Below are positions 10,938 through 19,645 of a stretch of DNA of 64,000 nucleotides, piece after piece. Position numbers and translations under genes: made by a program. Numbering within the stretch: position 1 is the first letter of the stretch; every line of letters begins with the position of its first letter. Source of the DNA: an uncultured virus (IMG/VR IMGVR_UViG_3300025070_000011) (taxonomy: Duplodnaviria > Heunggongvirae > Uroviricota > Caudoviricetes); IMG/VR virus record IMGVR_UViG_3300025070_000011, one strand, 5' to 3'. The notes below the pieces were generated by a model. It was not told the DNA's origin. It saw only the letters and a program-made list of their open reading frames with translations, and made no database searches.

Positions 10938-12093
10938 GATTTGTCTGTTGCCGTGGATTCACACGGAGTTTACAACTGAAGGCACTGCAAACCCATGTTG
11001 TCTTTATCGTGGTGAACCTATGGGAGACCTTAAAGAAGAGGGCCTTCTGGATATTTGGCGAGGAGACAAGTATAACAATCTGAGACAGGAATTCTTAGAT
11101 GGTAAAATGCCAGCGGGGTGTTCTATGTGTTGGGACAATGAGGACGCGGGATACAAGTCAAAAAGATTGCAGGACTTGGAGAGGTTTTCTTCCCACATAG
11201 ACAAAGTTGGTGATTGTGTTGAAGACCCAGTTTATCTAGACTTAAAGTTTGGGACTTTATGCAATCTCAAGTGTCGGTCATGTGGCAGTGTGAACTCTTC
11301 TAGCTGGAAATCGGATGAGTTAAAATTATATGACAGAATCCTTGACAATAAGGACGCACTTTGGATAAAAAAGAATCCTGGCGTGTGGGATGAATTAGAA
11401 AAAATAATGAGCACTGTTGAGCACATGGATTTCACTGGCGGTGAACCATTCATGATAGATCAACACTACAACCTTTTGCGGTCAGCGGTAGAATTTGGAT
11501 ATGCAAAGAACATCTCCATTCACTACAACACTAACGGAACAATCAGACCACCGAAAGAGGTCTTTGAACTGTGGAAAGAATTCAAAGATGTGGAGATCAT
11601 GTTCAGTTTGGACGGTGTTGGTGAACAGTTTGAATACATTAGAAGTGGTGCTGCGTGGGAAGAGGTCTGGGAAAACTTTAACTACTTCAAGTCACAGAAG
11701 TTTTTGAGAATTCAAATTTGTCATACCGTCAGCATTTTTAATGTATATTATCTAAAAGATTTCGTCACCGCCTTTTCTGACACCGATATCTATTTTAACT
11801 TGTTGCACTATCCAAGACAGTATTGCATCAGGAATATGCCGGACGTTTGTAAAGATAAGGCCAAAGATAAGATTATAAATATTGCGGGTGCTGATTCTAT
11901 CATAAATTTTATGATGCAAGATGCAGAACATGATCGACTTGATACTGGATTTTTTTCAGTAACAGAAAAACTTGATGATATTAGAAATGAAAAGTTTCAA
12001 GACATTTTTCCAGAATTTTATGAGATTTTGATTGATGGCGGATTACGAAATAGACCTTGGCACAATTTTCTCATTACAACAGAAAATTCTTAG
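10930..12093 (+). CDS. Radical SAM enzyme with N-terminal Twitch/SPASM-like domain (6 of 6)
   Basis: ICLLPW..NPCC..GCSMCW; CNLKCRSC; TGGEP; YNTNG. Confidence 0.9.
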   Translation: MDKICLLPWIHTEFTTEGTANPCCLYRGEPMGDLKEEGLLDIWRGDKYNNLRQEFLDGKMPAGCSMCWDNEDAGYKSKRLQDLERFSSHIDKVGDCVEDPVYLDLKFGTLCNLKCRSCGSVNSSSWKSDELKLYDRILDNKDALWIKKNPGVWDELEKIMSTVEHMDFTGGEPFMIDQHYNLLRSAVEFGYAKNISIHYNTNGTIRPPKEVFELWKEFKDVEIMFSLDGVGEQFEYIRSGAAWEEVWENFNYFKSQKFLRIQICHTVSIFNVYYLKDFVTAFSDTDIYFNLLHYPRQYCIRNMPDVCKDKAKDKIINIAGADSIINFMMQDAEHDRLDTGFFSVTEKLDDIRNEKFQDIFPEFYEILIDGGLRNRPWHNFLITTENS

Positions 12094-13702
12094 TGAATTA
12101 GAGGATATAAAGAACAGACTCGACTGTCCACTGCCCACCCTACTTTGGTACGACAATCTACCCTCTTATACAGATATGCAGAAAGGTAGAAGATTTCCAC
12201 AAAAGAATTCCTCAAACAGACGCAATATTTCCGTTCTTGATGCTGAGACCGGAGTCATGCATTTGCTAGATGGGTGTGGGTTTGACTATGAGGTTAAAGC
12301 ACTTGATAACTGGCATGACAAACATTCCAATAGAAATAACTTATATTTTGTAGAAATTACTCAAGTCCATTTGGGTCTAGATAGATTTTTTGAATTTATT
12401 CCAGAAGAGGCTCTTCAACTTTGTCGGGAACACAAACTAGCCTTTGTCTGGTACTTTCCTCACGAGGCATTTCATTTTGAGGGGTTGAGAAAACCCAGCA
12501 CAGGTCGAACGGGTGAACACGGTGACGCTGGTTGGTTTGAAAGATTTACTGATAAATTTTTTGAGGTTGATATAGACTATGGTAAACACTATTTTATTTC
12601 TGGCGATCTCAGAGTTGAAGATTCTTGGATTGAGTGGTCAAGCACTCGGCCGGAAAAGGAAAATTTGTTTAAATCTGTGATTGGTATGGACCATTTTAAT
12701 TATCACTATTATGAACAATACTTTCAAAGAACACAACTGAGATTCGATCCCGATACAACTCTATTTCCTGTTGAAAATTATGAAACATATGGATATGTGC
12801 CTGAGGCTAAAATTAAAAGTGTTTATATAGAACCTCATATTTTATTTAATAAGTTTGGAGACAAGATTGTTACTGAAAGTGAAGAAGATCATGAAGAACA
12901 TTATATAAATTCACAGGAGGTTATGAGGGTCGCACCAACCGTATTAGATAAAACAAAAGATTTGGTTTGTTTCAACGCCAGAACGAGACCATCTAGGTCG
13001 GTTATGGTATCAGAACTCTTTAGGATGGGATACAACAATGATAACTCACACATTAGTTGGTTGGAACGGGATGAAGATGTGAGAACCAGCTGGAGGGATA
13101 AGTGTTTTCGATCTTTGGTGGGTGTGGATGGAAAAGATCAGTGGGTAAAGTCAAATAATGCTTGGGGAAACCTTATGTCTACTCAAGAATCTAAAGAATA
13201 TTTCTATGATTTTTGGGAAAAAACTACGGACCCAATTATTTGTGATACCACCACAGCACAAATAGATATGGACGATAGAATAATTCCAGTAGAAATGTTT
13301 AAAGAATCTTTTTTCTTTCTGATTACCGAAACTCTCTTTGGCAATGCCGATAAGGATTGTTTACAGATAACAGAAAAAACATATAAGGCACTTGCTTACA
13401 GAATACCCTTCATCATAGTTGGTTCCTATGGCACACTTGCACATTTAAGAACTCTTGGATATAAAACATTTTCTCACATGTTTGATGAGGCATACGATGA
13501 AATTTTAGACCCAGATCAAAGAATGTCTGCAATCTGCAACGAATTATCAAAGTGGAAGAATTTGTCCCTAGAAGAAAAACAAGAGAAGTATTTTTTAACT
13601 ATTCCAGATTTAACTCACAACTATTATCACTGGAAAAACTCTTGTATTCGTTCAACCCAAGAAATAAGAAGACATTTAGATCGATTAAAATTGCATGACT
13701 AA
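12035..13702 (+). CDS. Putative GT-B glycosyltransferase (GT10/fucosyltransferase-like C-terminal domain)
   Basis: FLITET...ITEKTYKAL..IPFIIVG...LRTLGYKTF motif resembles the GT10 nucleotide-sugar binding 'TEK' motif. Confidence 0.55.
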   Translation: MADYEIDLGTIFSLQQKILSELEDIKNRLDCPLPTLLWYDNLPSYTDMQKGRRFPQKNSSNRRNISVLDAETGVMHLLDGCGFDYEVKALDNWHDKHSNRNNLYFVEITQVHLGLDRFFEFIPEEALQLCREHKLAFVWYFPHEAFHFEGLRKPSTGRTGEHGDAGWFERFTDKFFEVDIDYGKHYFISGDLRVEDSWIEWSSTRPEKENLFKSVIGMDHFNYHYYEQYFQRTQLRFDPDTTLFPVENYETYGYVPEAKIKSVYIEPHILFNKFGDKIVTESEEDHEEHYINSQEVMRVAPTVLDKTKDLVCFNARTRPSRSVMVSELFRMGYNNDNSHISWLERDEDVRTSWRDKCFRSLVGVDGKDQWVKSNNAWGNLMSTQESKEYFYDFWEKTTDPIICDTTTAQIDMDDRIIPVEMFKESFFFLITETLFGNADKDCLQITEKTYKALAYRIPFIIVGSYGTLAHLRTLGYKTFSHMFDEAYDEILDPDQRMSAICNELSKWKNLSLEEKQEKYFLTIPDLTHNYYHWKNSCIRSTQEIRRHLDRLKLHD

Positions 13703-14729
13703 CTATTTTACAAATGGACCTTCTATTGCTTCTGGTAGTATTCTTATAACAGAATTTGACAGAAAATTTTTTAAGACATTAACGTCTTCTATTCCCGATG
13801 ACGTTTGTTTTATTGATACTACTTGGTTCAGTAATCCCAAAGTTTTCAAAAACTTTGTTGACTGGCAACTTACCATTGACAAACCCAGAGCTTTTCTATA
13901 TTCTGGTATGGATTGGTCCAATGAGAATTGCGAATCACTGACAAGATCGGCCCACACATTTTTTCAACATAGGTTCAACTGCAAATATGTTGGTAATACA
14001 AATAAGGGCCACTACTTTAGTTTTTGGGTAGAGTTTATCGACGCACACAGACAATATTTTTTTGATGATAGGTATATAAGAGATCATCATTTTGAACATC
14101 ACTTTATGTGTCTCAATAATAAGTGCAATGACCACAGATCATATTTGTTGAATAAAATGTTTCAAGACGAGTCGGTGTGGAAACGTGGGAATATTTCTGT
14201 TATACAACAAGATAATAGATATAATTTCCCACATCCAATAATCCTTGAAGAAGACAGACCGCCGGAACTGGTTGAAAAATTTCTTGAGCATGAAACTCTT
14301 TCAGATAAACATATCGTAAATGATATTGTATCTCTGGGAGACCCCAGACATTGGCGATCACACTTTGCCACCGTGGTGACAGAAAGTTGTCACCATACGG
14401 ATGTTTTTTTGAGTGAAAAGATATTCAAACCGATAATCGGTATGAGACCCTTCTTGGTTTTGGGTGACAGAAATATCTATGTAAAACTGAAGGAACTTGG
14501 TTTCGACACCTTTGAAGATTTGTTTCCGAACGTGGGATTAGATAATGAAAATTATGAACGTCGAGCAGAAAATTTATTAAAGGACTTGAGAAAAATTTGT
14601 CTCACCCCTCTAAAAGACCTTGACGATGTATATAATTCCATATATACTAGACTAGAGCGCAATCGTGAAAATATGATTTTACTGATTGAAAAGAACAAAA
14701 GATGGATACGGGATTTGGGTAAATTATGA
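13695..14729 (+). CDS. Putative GT10-like glycosyltransferase (paralog of the upstream gene)
   Basis: VVTES...FLSEKIFKPII.MRPFLVLG...LKELGFDTF. Confidence 0.55.
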   Translation: MTNYFTNGPSIASGSILITEFDRKFFKTLTSSIPDDVCFIDTTWFSNPKVFKNFVDWQLTIDKPRAFLYSGMDWSNENCESLTRSAHTFFQHRFNCKYVGNTNKGHYFSFWVEFIDAHRQYFFDDRYIRDHHFEHHFMCLNNKCNDHRSYLLNKMFQDESVWKRGNISVIQQDNRYNFPHPIILEEDRPPELVEKFLEHETLSDKHIVNDIVSLGDPRHWRSHFATVVTESCHHTDVFLSEKIFKPIIGMRPFLVLGDRNIYVKLKELGFDTFEDLFPNVGLDNENYERRAENLLKDLRKICLTPLKDLDDVYNSIYTRLERNRENMILLIEKNKRWIRDLGKL

Positions 14730-15871
14730 AGATTGGTTTTATTGGATTTGGGAAGTTAGGCCAACCATGCGGCGAAGTAATCTCCAAGAAAGGACATGAT
14801 GTCGTTGCATATGATGTGAATCATCTTTTGATAGATACTTTTGTTGAGATGAAAGAGACTATTCAAGATGCGGTCACCGACAGGGATGTTGTCTTTGTTG
14901 CAGTGCCAACTCCCCACGACCCAAACTATGAAGGGTCTGCTCCCACGCACTTTATGCCCCCAAAAGATTTTAGTTATGATATTGTCAGGGATGTTTTGTG
15001 GGAAGCAAATAAACATATGACTAAAGATCAACTGCTTGTGTTGATTAGTACTGTATTGCCAGGCACTGTCCGAAGAGAGTTTATTCACTTGGTGCCGAAT
15101 ACTCGTTTTGTTTACAACCCGTATTTGATTGCGATGGGTACTGTTGATTGGGATATGATAAACCCAGAGATGGTTATGATCGGCACGGAAGACGGAACTG
15201 AAACTGGTGATGCAAAAGAACTCAAAGAATTTTATCAATCTATTATGGAAAATGATCCTAGATATGTGATAGGTACTTGGGATGAGTGTGAATGTATTAA
15301 AGTATTTTACAACACCTTTATCAGTGCCAAGATCGGTCTTGTAAATATGATACAAGACGTTGCAGAGAAACAGGGCAACATTAATGTTGATGTTGTTGCG
15401 GGTGCATTGCGTGACAGTACTCAGAGAATTATGGGCCCAGGCTATATGAAGCCAGGGATGGGTGATGGTGGTGCTTGTCACCCCAGAGATAATATTGCCC
15501 TCAGATTCATGGCAGAGAAACTGCACCTTGGATATGACCTATTTGCAAGTATCATGCAGGCAAGAGACAAACAGGCAGAGAATATGGCTTTTAGTATTCT
15601 CAAACTCGGAAGTAATATTTTCTTCACTTCCGATTCTTATAAACCGCATGTAGAGTATACCAATGGTAGTTACAGTTTGTTGGTGCAACACTATGTCAAG
15701 TCTCATGGTGCAAAAATTACAAATGCAAGTGATGCTGATGTAATTGTTCTTGTACACGAAAGTGATTCAATTTTTGAAGAAGAATTAAAAGAGGGTGCTA
15801 TTGTATTTGACCCTTGGAGAAGTTATAATAGTGATACTTACGAAGTCATTCATTACGGAGACACCCGATGA
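14726..15871 (+). CDS. UDP-glucose/GDP-mannose 6-dehydrogenase family
   Basis: IGFGKLG, VAVPTP, STVLPGT, GDGGACHPRD, C-terminal DPW. Confidence 0.9.
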   Translation: MKIGFIGFGKLGQPCGEVISKKGHDVVAYDVNHLLIDTFVEMKETIQDAVTDRDVVFVAVPTPHDPNYEGSAPTHFMPPKDFSYDIVRDVLWEANKHMTKDQLLVLISTVLPGTVRREFIHLVPNTRFVYNPYLIAMGTVDWDMINPEMVMIGTEDGTETGDAKELKEFYQSIMENDPRYVIGTWDECECIKVFYNTFISAKIGLVNMIQDVAEKQGNINVDVVAGALRDSTQRIMGPGYMKPGMGDGGACHPRDNIALRFMAEKLHLGYDLFASIMQARDKQAENMAFSILKLGSNIFFTSDSYKPHVEYTNGSYSLLVQHYVKSHGAKITNASDADVIVLVHESDSIFEEELKEGAIVFDPWRSYNSDTYEVIHYGDTR

Positions 15872-15990
15872 AAAGCATACGAAAATTCTATCGCAGAATG
15901 AAACAAAAGTTTGATGATTGGAAGATGCGAAGAAAAATTAAAAAACGATTGAAAGAAATTAGGGATCGCGATCCGTTCATCTATGATTAA
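15868..15990 (+). CDS. 40-aa basic microprotein ending DPFIYD (absent from ORF track)
   Basis: ATG overlaps the upstream stop (ATGA) and the stop overlaps the carbamoyltransferase start; MKSIRKFYRRMKQKFDDWKMRRKIKKRLKEIRDRDPFIYD. Confidence 0.75.
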   Translation: MKSIRKFYRRMKQKFDDWKMRRKIKKRLKEIRDRDPFIYD

Positions 15991-17407
15991 TTGGGGTGTC
16001 AGTGCGGGGTATCATGATGCATCTCTATCTGTTGTAAAAGACGGGGAGATTGTTTTTGCTAGCCATGCAGAAAGATATTCAAGACATAAGAATGATAAAC
16101 ACCTCAATGCATTTTTGATTGATGAGGCTCTTGGTTACGGTGAACCGGATGTGGTTCATTGGTATGAGAACCCACTCCTAAAAGCAACCAGAAGAATCTA
16201 TTCCGGCCAAAAAAACATTTGGACCAATCCGAAAAAGTATCTGTCCGAACACGGATATAACCCTAGAAAAATGAAGTGGGGAAATCATCACCGCAGTCAT
16301 ATGGCTGCAGGATACTACACCAGACCTTTCGAGGATTGCGCCACTCTTGTTATTGATGCAATAGGAGAGTGGACAACAACCTCTATCTGGAATAACAACA
16401 AACTCGTTTGGAAAAATACATATCCCAATTCGTTGGGGTTGTTTTACTCTGCGTTTACTGACAGAATTGGTCTCAAGGCAAATGAGGATGAATACATACT
16501 CATGGGTATGGCTGCTTATGGAGATAAGGATCGTTTCAAAGACGAAATATTAGAACTTGTCACCAATCAAACAAAGTTTCACAGAGGGATATCGTGGTGG
16601 AGACCGGAACTCACGGAGAAAGATTACTTTGATGTAGCCGCAGCAGTACAATGGGTCTATGAAGGCGAATTAGCAACTCTGTTACAAGTCACTCGACAAA
16701 CCACTGGAAAGAAAAACTTGGTTTTCATGGGTGGATGTGCTTTAAACTGTCTTGCAAACAGATTGATATCAGTTTTCTTTGATGAGTATTGGATCATGCC
16801 AAACCCCGGCGATGCGGGGTCTTCATTGGGGGCTGTTCTTGCAGGAACAAAACAACGGGTCAATTTTGATACGCCATATCTTGGACACAATATACAAGGA
16901 GAATATCCAAGTGAAGAGATTTTGGAAGAACTTAATAGATATGGAATTGTCGGAGTTGCAAACGGCCGCGCTGAGTTTGGTCCTCGCGCTTTGGGGAATC
17001 GGAGTCTTCTTGCTGATCCTCGCGGCGAATTCATGAAGTCAAAGGTCAACGCGATCAAAAAGAGACAGGAGTTTCGACCCTTTGCCCCCATAATCAGGGA
17101 ACGTGACGCAGCAAAGTGTTTTCATGTAAAATCGGGGTTTACTTCTCCATATATGCAAGAAATTGTCAGATGTAGAGACCCAGAAAAATATCCCGCTATT
17201 GTACATAAGGACGGCACTAGTAGAGTCCAGACGGTCAATGAGAGACAACACAGTGGACTTTATAGACTACTTACACTGTGGTATCAAGAAACGGGTTGCC
17301 CCATGTTATTGAACACAAGTCTCAATATTAAGGGTGATCCTATTGTAAATGATATAAATGATGCAAAAAGATTTGAAAAAAAGTATAATGTCAAAGTATG
17401 CAGATAA
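15983..17407 (+). CDS. NodU/CmcH-family O-carbamoyltransferase
   Basis: HDAS, ERYSR.K, HH.SH, DAIGE, MGMAAYG, GGCALN, EFGPRALGNRS, FRPFAP, H.DGTSRVQTV, LLNTSLN. Confidence 0.95.
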   Translation: MINWGVSAGYHDASLSVVKDGEIVFASHAERYSRHKNDKHLNAFLIDEALGYGEPDVVHWYENPLLKATRRIYSGQKNIWTNPKKYLSEHGYNPRKMKWGNHHRSHMAAGYYTRPFEDCATLVIDAIGEWTTTSIWNNNKLVWKNTYPNSLGLFYSAFTDRIGLKANEDEYILMGMAAYGDKDRFKDEILELVTNQTKFHRGISWWRPELTEKDYFDVAAAVQWVYEGELATLLQVTRQTTGKKNLVFMGGCALNCLANRLISVFFDEYWIMPNPGDAGSSLGAVLAGTKQRVNFDTPYLGHNIQGEYPSEEILEELNRYGIVGVANGRAEFGPRALGNRSLLADPRGEFMKSKVNAIKKRQEFRPFAPIIRERDAAKCFHVKSGFTSPYMQEIVRCRDPEKYPAIVHKDGTSRVQTVNERQHSGLYRLLTLWYQETGCPMLLNTSLNIKGDPIVNDINDAKRFEKKYNVKVCR

Positions 17408-17443
17408 ATAAGTATATAGTGACCAAGAACTAAGTAGTAAGAA

Positions 17444-17746
17444 ATGGATAATGTAGTAAAGTTTCCAAAAAAGCGAATCTCAGAACCATCTGGATATAGA
17501 ATTAATCTCTATACAGAAGACGATATAACAATCGTTTTGACCTGTTTAAATCTGTCTGATGATATGGATGATGATAAGAAATGGATACGCAGAGACCTGA
17601 GAACGCTGGAACCGGAGTTTGTCATAACCAAAATGAAAATGTGTTTGGACAGCCCCATTTTATCAGAAATCTGTAAGAAGACTATATTCAGAATTATTAA
17701 TTCCGTGGAGGTATTGCCACTATCCACTTTGTACGCAGAATTTTAA
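17444..17746 (+). CDS. Hypothetical protein
   Basis: 100-aa ORF with the N-terminal 'DNVVKFP' motif common in phage proteins. Confidence 0.65.
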   Translation: MDNVVKFPKKRISEPSGYRINLYTEDDITIVLTCLNLSDDMDDDKKWIRRDLRTLEPEFVITKMKMCLDSPILSEICKKTIFRIINSVEVLPLSTLYAEF

Positions 17747-17835
17747 CATAAGAACATAAATGGGAAAACCAATAGGAGGAAAATTACATAGTATTGTTTG
17801 CAACCTAAATTAACCTAAGAGTCGGGAAAACAACT

Positions 17836-18585
17836 ATGCCAAAAAGAAAATCAAATCTTCAACTAATTCAAGATTCTGAAACTCAGAGAAATCCTAATAC
17901 TAGTTTGAAGATGCGAATCGACGATCTAATTACAGTCGATGCAATGACCGAAACCCAAGGTCAGTTTTTCTCACAGTATCAATCTGGTTCAACTGCAATG
18001 GTTCTACACGGATGTGCTGGTACAGGAAAAACTTTTATTGCACTATACAAGGCCCTAGAGGAAGTATTAAACAAAGGAGGTTTCTACAAAAAAGTTATCA
18101 TTGTGCGGTCTGCCGTACCCTCTAGAGAAATTGGTCACTTGCCTGGTGACGCCAATGACAAATCAGAAGTTTACATGGCTCCATATGTGACCATGTGCGA
18201 AGAACTATTCCCCACCAAACAACAAGCATTTCAACGCCTCGTTGAACAAAAACATCTAGACTTTATGATTACCTCGTTTGTCCGTGGACTTACATTGGAT
18301 AACGCGATTGTCATTGTGGATGAGTGTCAGAACATGAACGACATGGAACTCAATTCTATCATGACCAGAATCGGAGTGGGTAGCAAAATCGTTTTCTGCG
18401 GCGACTTCCGCCAAACAGACTTATACAAGAGAGGAGACATGTCTGGTTTGCAGAAATTTATGGTGATTGCTGAAAATATGCCATCATTCCATACATTTGA
18501 ATTTGATACCGACGACATTGTTAGAAGTGATCTTGTACGAGAATACTTGCTTGCGAGGATGAAATATGAAGACGATATGTCTTGA
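17836..18585 (+). CDS. phoH: PhoH-family ATPase
   Basis: GCAGTGKT Walker A, IGHLPG, RGLTLDN, VDECQN, GDFRQTD, DIVRS. Confidence 0.95.
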   Translation: MPKRKSNLQLIQDSETQRNPNTSLKMRIDDLITVDAMTETQGQFFSQYQSGSTAMVLHGCAGTGKTFIALYKALEEVLNKGGFYKKVIIVRSAVPSREIGHLPGDANDKSEVYMAPYVTMCEELFPTKQQAFQRLVEQKHLDFMITSFVRGLTLDNAIVIVDECQNMNDMELNSIMTRIGVGSKIVFCGDFRQTDLYKRGDMSGLQKFMVIAENMPSFHTFEFDTDDIVRSDLVREYLLARMKYEDDMS

Positions 18586-18610
18586 CATTTGGTTATAAGT
18601 ATAGTATGAT
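18582..18610 (+). promoter_or_regulatory. Sigma70-like promoter (early/middle) upstream of the exonuclease
   Basis: TTGACA-N17-TATGAT; the spacer contains the late-like TATAAGTA. Confidence 0.7.
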
Positions 18611-18636
18611 AGTTGAAAGTTATACGGTATTGTTTT

Positions 18637-19311
18637 ATGTTTCATCATGTAGAAAGGTCTTACAGTCTCCCCAAACTCATTAGGGAAAACTACGAAGGCA
18701 AGAGAATGTACAAGACGGATGGTGGTGTCAGATTTCCCTCTGTCACCACCGTTCTTGGACACAAGAGTAAACCAGGCATCGTTGCTTGGCGTAAACGTGT
18801 CGGTGCAGAAAAAGCAAACAGAATCAGCAATCAGGCTTCTGTTCGTGGTACAAAAATCCACTCCGTTTGCGAAGATTATGTAAACAACGAAGAATTGACT
18901 TTCGACAAACTATCCTTTGTTGAAGTTGACATGTTCAATAAAATGAAACCTCTCATTGATAGAATCGACAACATCCATTGTGTTGAAGAGTTTCTATACA
19001 GTGAACATCTCCGCCTCGCCGGCCAGTGCGACTGCATTGCTGAGTTTGACGGCAGACTCTCTATTATAGACTTTAAAACCTCCGGCAGACCAAAGAAAGA
19101 ACAGTATATCCAAAACTACTTTGCACAGTGTGCTGCTTATGCAATTATGTTTGAGGAGAGAACCGGAATTCCTATCGATACAAGTGTCATAATTATCGGT
19201 GTTCAAGACGATGAGCCCCAGTTATTTGTACAAAAACGGGACGATCATGTGGACTATTTACTAGAATGTAGGGACTTATACGAAAATGAGGTCTTGACAT
19301 CTGCTGCCTAA
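18637..19311 (+). CDS. PD-(D/E)xK exonuclease (RecB/Cas4-like, T4-like phage type)
   Basis: PSVTTVL, RGTKIH, E..LYS...AGQCD, IIDFKTS, QCAAYA; ATG 18637 preferred. Confidence 0.85.
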   Translation: MFHHVERSYSLPKLIRENYEGKRMYKTDGGVRFPSVTTVLGHKSKPGIVAWRKRVGAEKANRISNQASVRGTKIHSVCEDYVNNEELTFDKLSFVEVDMFNKMKPLIDRIDNIHCVEEFLYSEHLRLAGQCDCIAEFDGRLSIIDFKTSGRPKKEQYIQNYFAQCAAYAIMFEERTGIPIDTSVIIIGVQDDEPQLFVQKRDDHVDYLLECRDLYENEVLTSAA

Positions 19312-19328
19312 GTATGGTATTATAAATA
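19294..19328 (+). promoter_or_regulatory. Overlapping sigma70-like and T4 late promoters of the tmRNA gene
   Basis: TTGACA-N18-TATTAT with an extended TG, overlapped by TATAAATA at 19321-19328. Confidence 0.7.
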
Positions 19329-19331
19329 CTT

Positions 19332-19623
19332 GATCGGTCGTTGAAGTGGACTGAAAGATTGTAGGACGCGGGTGCGATTCCCGCCACCTCCACCAAAAGT
19401 AGTGTTATCACTGTTGACCTGTCCATCGACGGATGAGAGGGCATCACTGCGCTGAGACTACTTCTGATGGGGGTGAATAGGTTCGACTGCTATTGTATAG
19501 GATAAACCGAGACTGATTGACTGGCAAAGCGCCACCTAAAGTAAACGCAAACGATGACGTTTATGCTCTAGCCGCCTAAGGCTAGTGGGGTATGGGTTCC
19601 ACCTTATAATCCAACGGACCCAC
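19332..19623 (+). ncRNA. ssrA: Circularly permuted (two-piece) tmRNA
   Basis: 3' acceptor piece first: T-arm GCGGG-TGCGATT-CCCGC plus CACCTCC-ACCA ending 19395. 5' end GGGGGTG at 19469 pairs with it, including G3:U70. Tag ORF 19547-19579 (A)NDDVYALAA* follows GTAAAC. Inter-piece helix GATCGGTC(19332)/GACTGATT(19511). Outer ends are approximate. Confidence 0.93.
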
Positions 19624-19645
19624 CAATAAAAGAAAGGAGAAATCA

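Noticed and set aside
14756..15526. 256-aa minus-strand ORF
   Set aside because: Antisense shadow of the UDP-sugar dehydrogenase with no recognisable motifs.
17747..17835. AACCTAA direct repeat (possible Pho box) and a 17-codon ORF upstream of phoH
   Set aside because: The repeat period is 10 nt rather than the 11 nt of Pho boxes, and the mini-ORF has no SD. Insufficient support.
18637..19311. Cas4-like nuclease as evidence of a CRISPR system
   Set aside because: No repeat-spacer array or other cas genes are visible; this exonuclease commonly follows phoH in T4-like phages.
19361..19395. Apparent stand-alone tRNA 3' half
   Set aside because: No D or anticodon arm upstream; it is the acceptor piece of the permuted tmRNA.
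19193..19447. 84-aa minus-strand ORF over the tmRNA
   Set aside because: Typical spurious translation of the tmRNA/tRNA reverse complement (VEVAGIAP).
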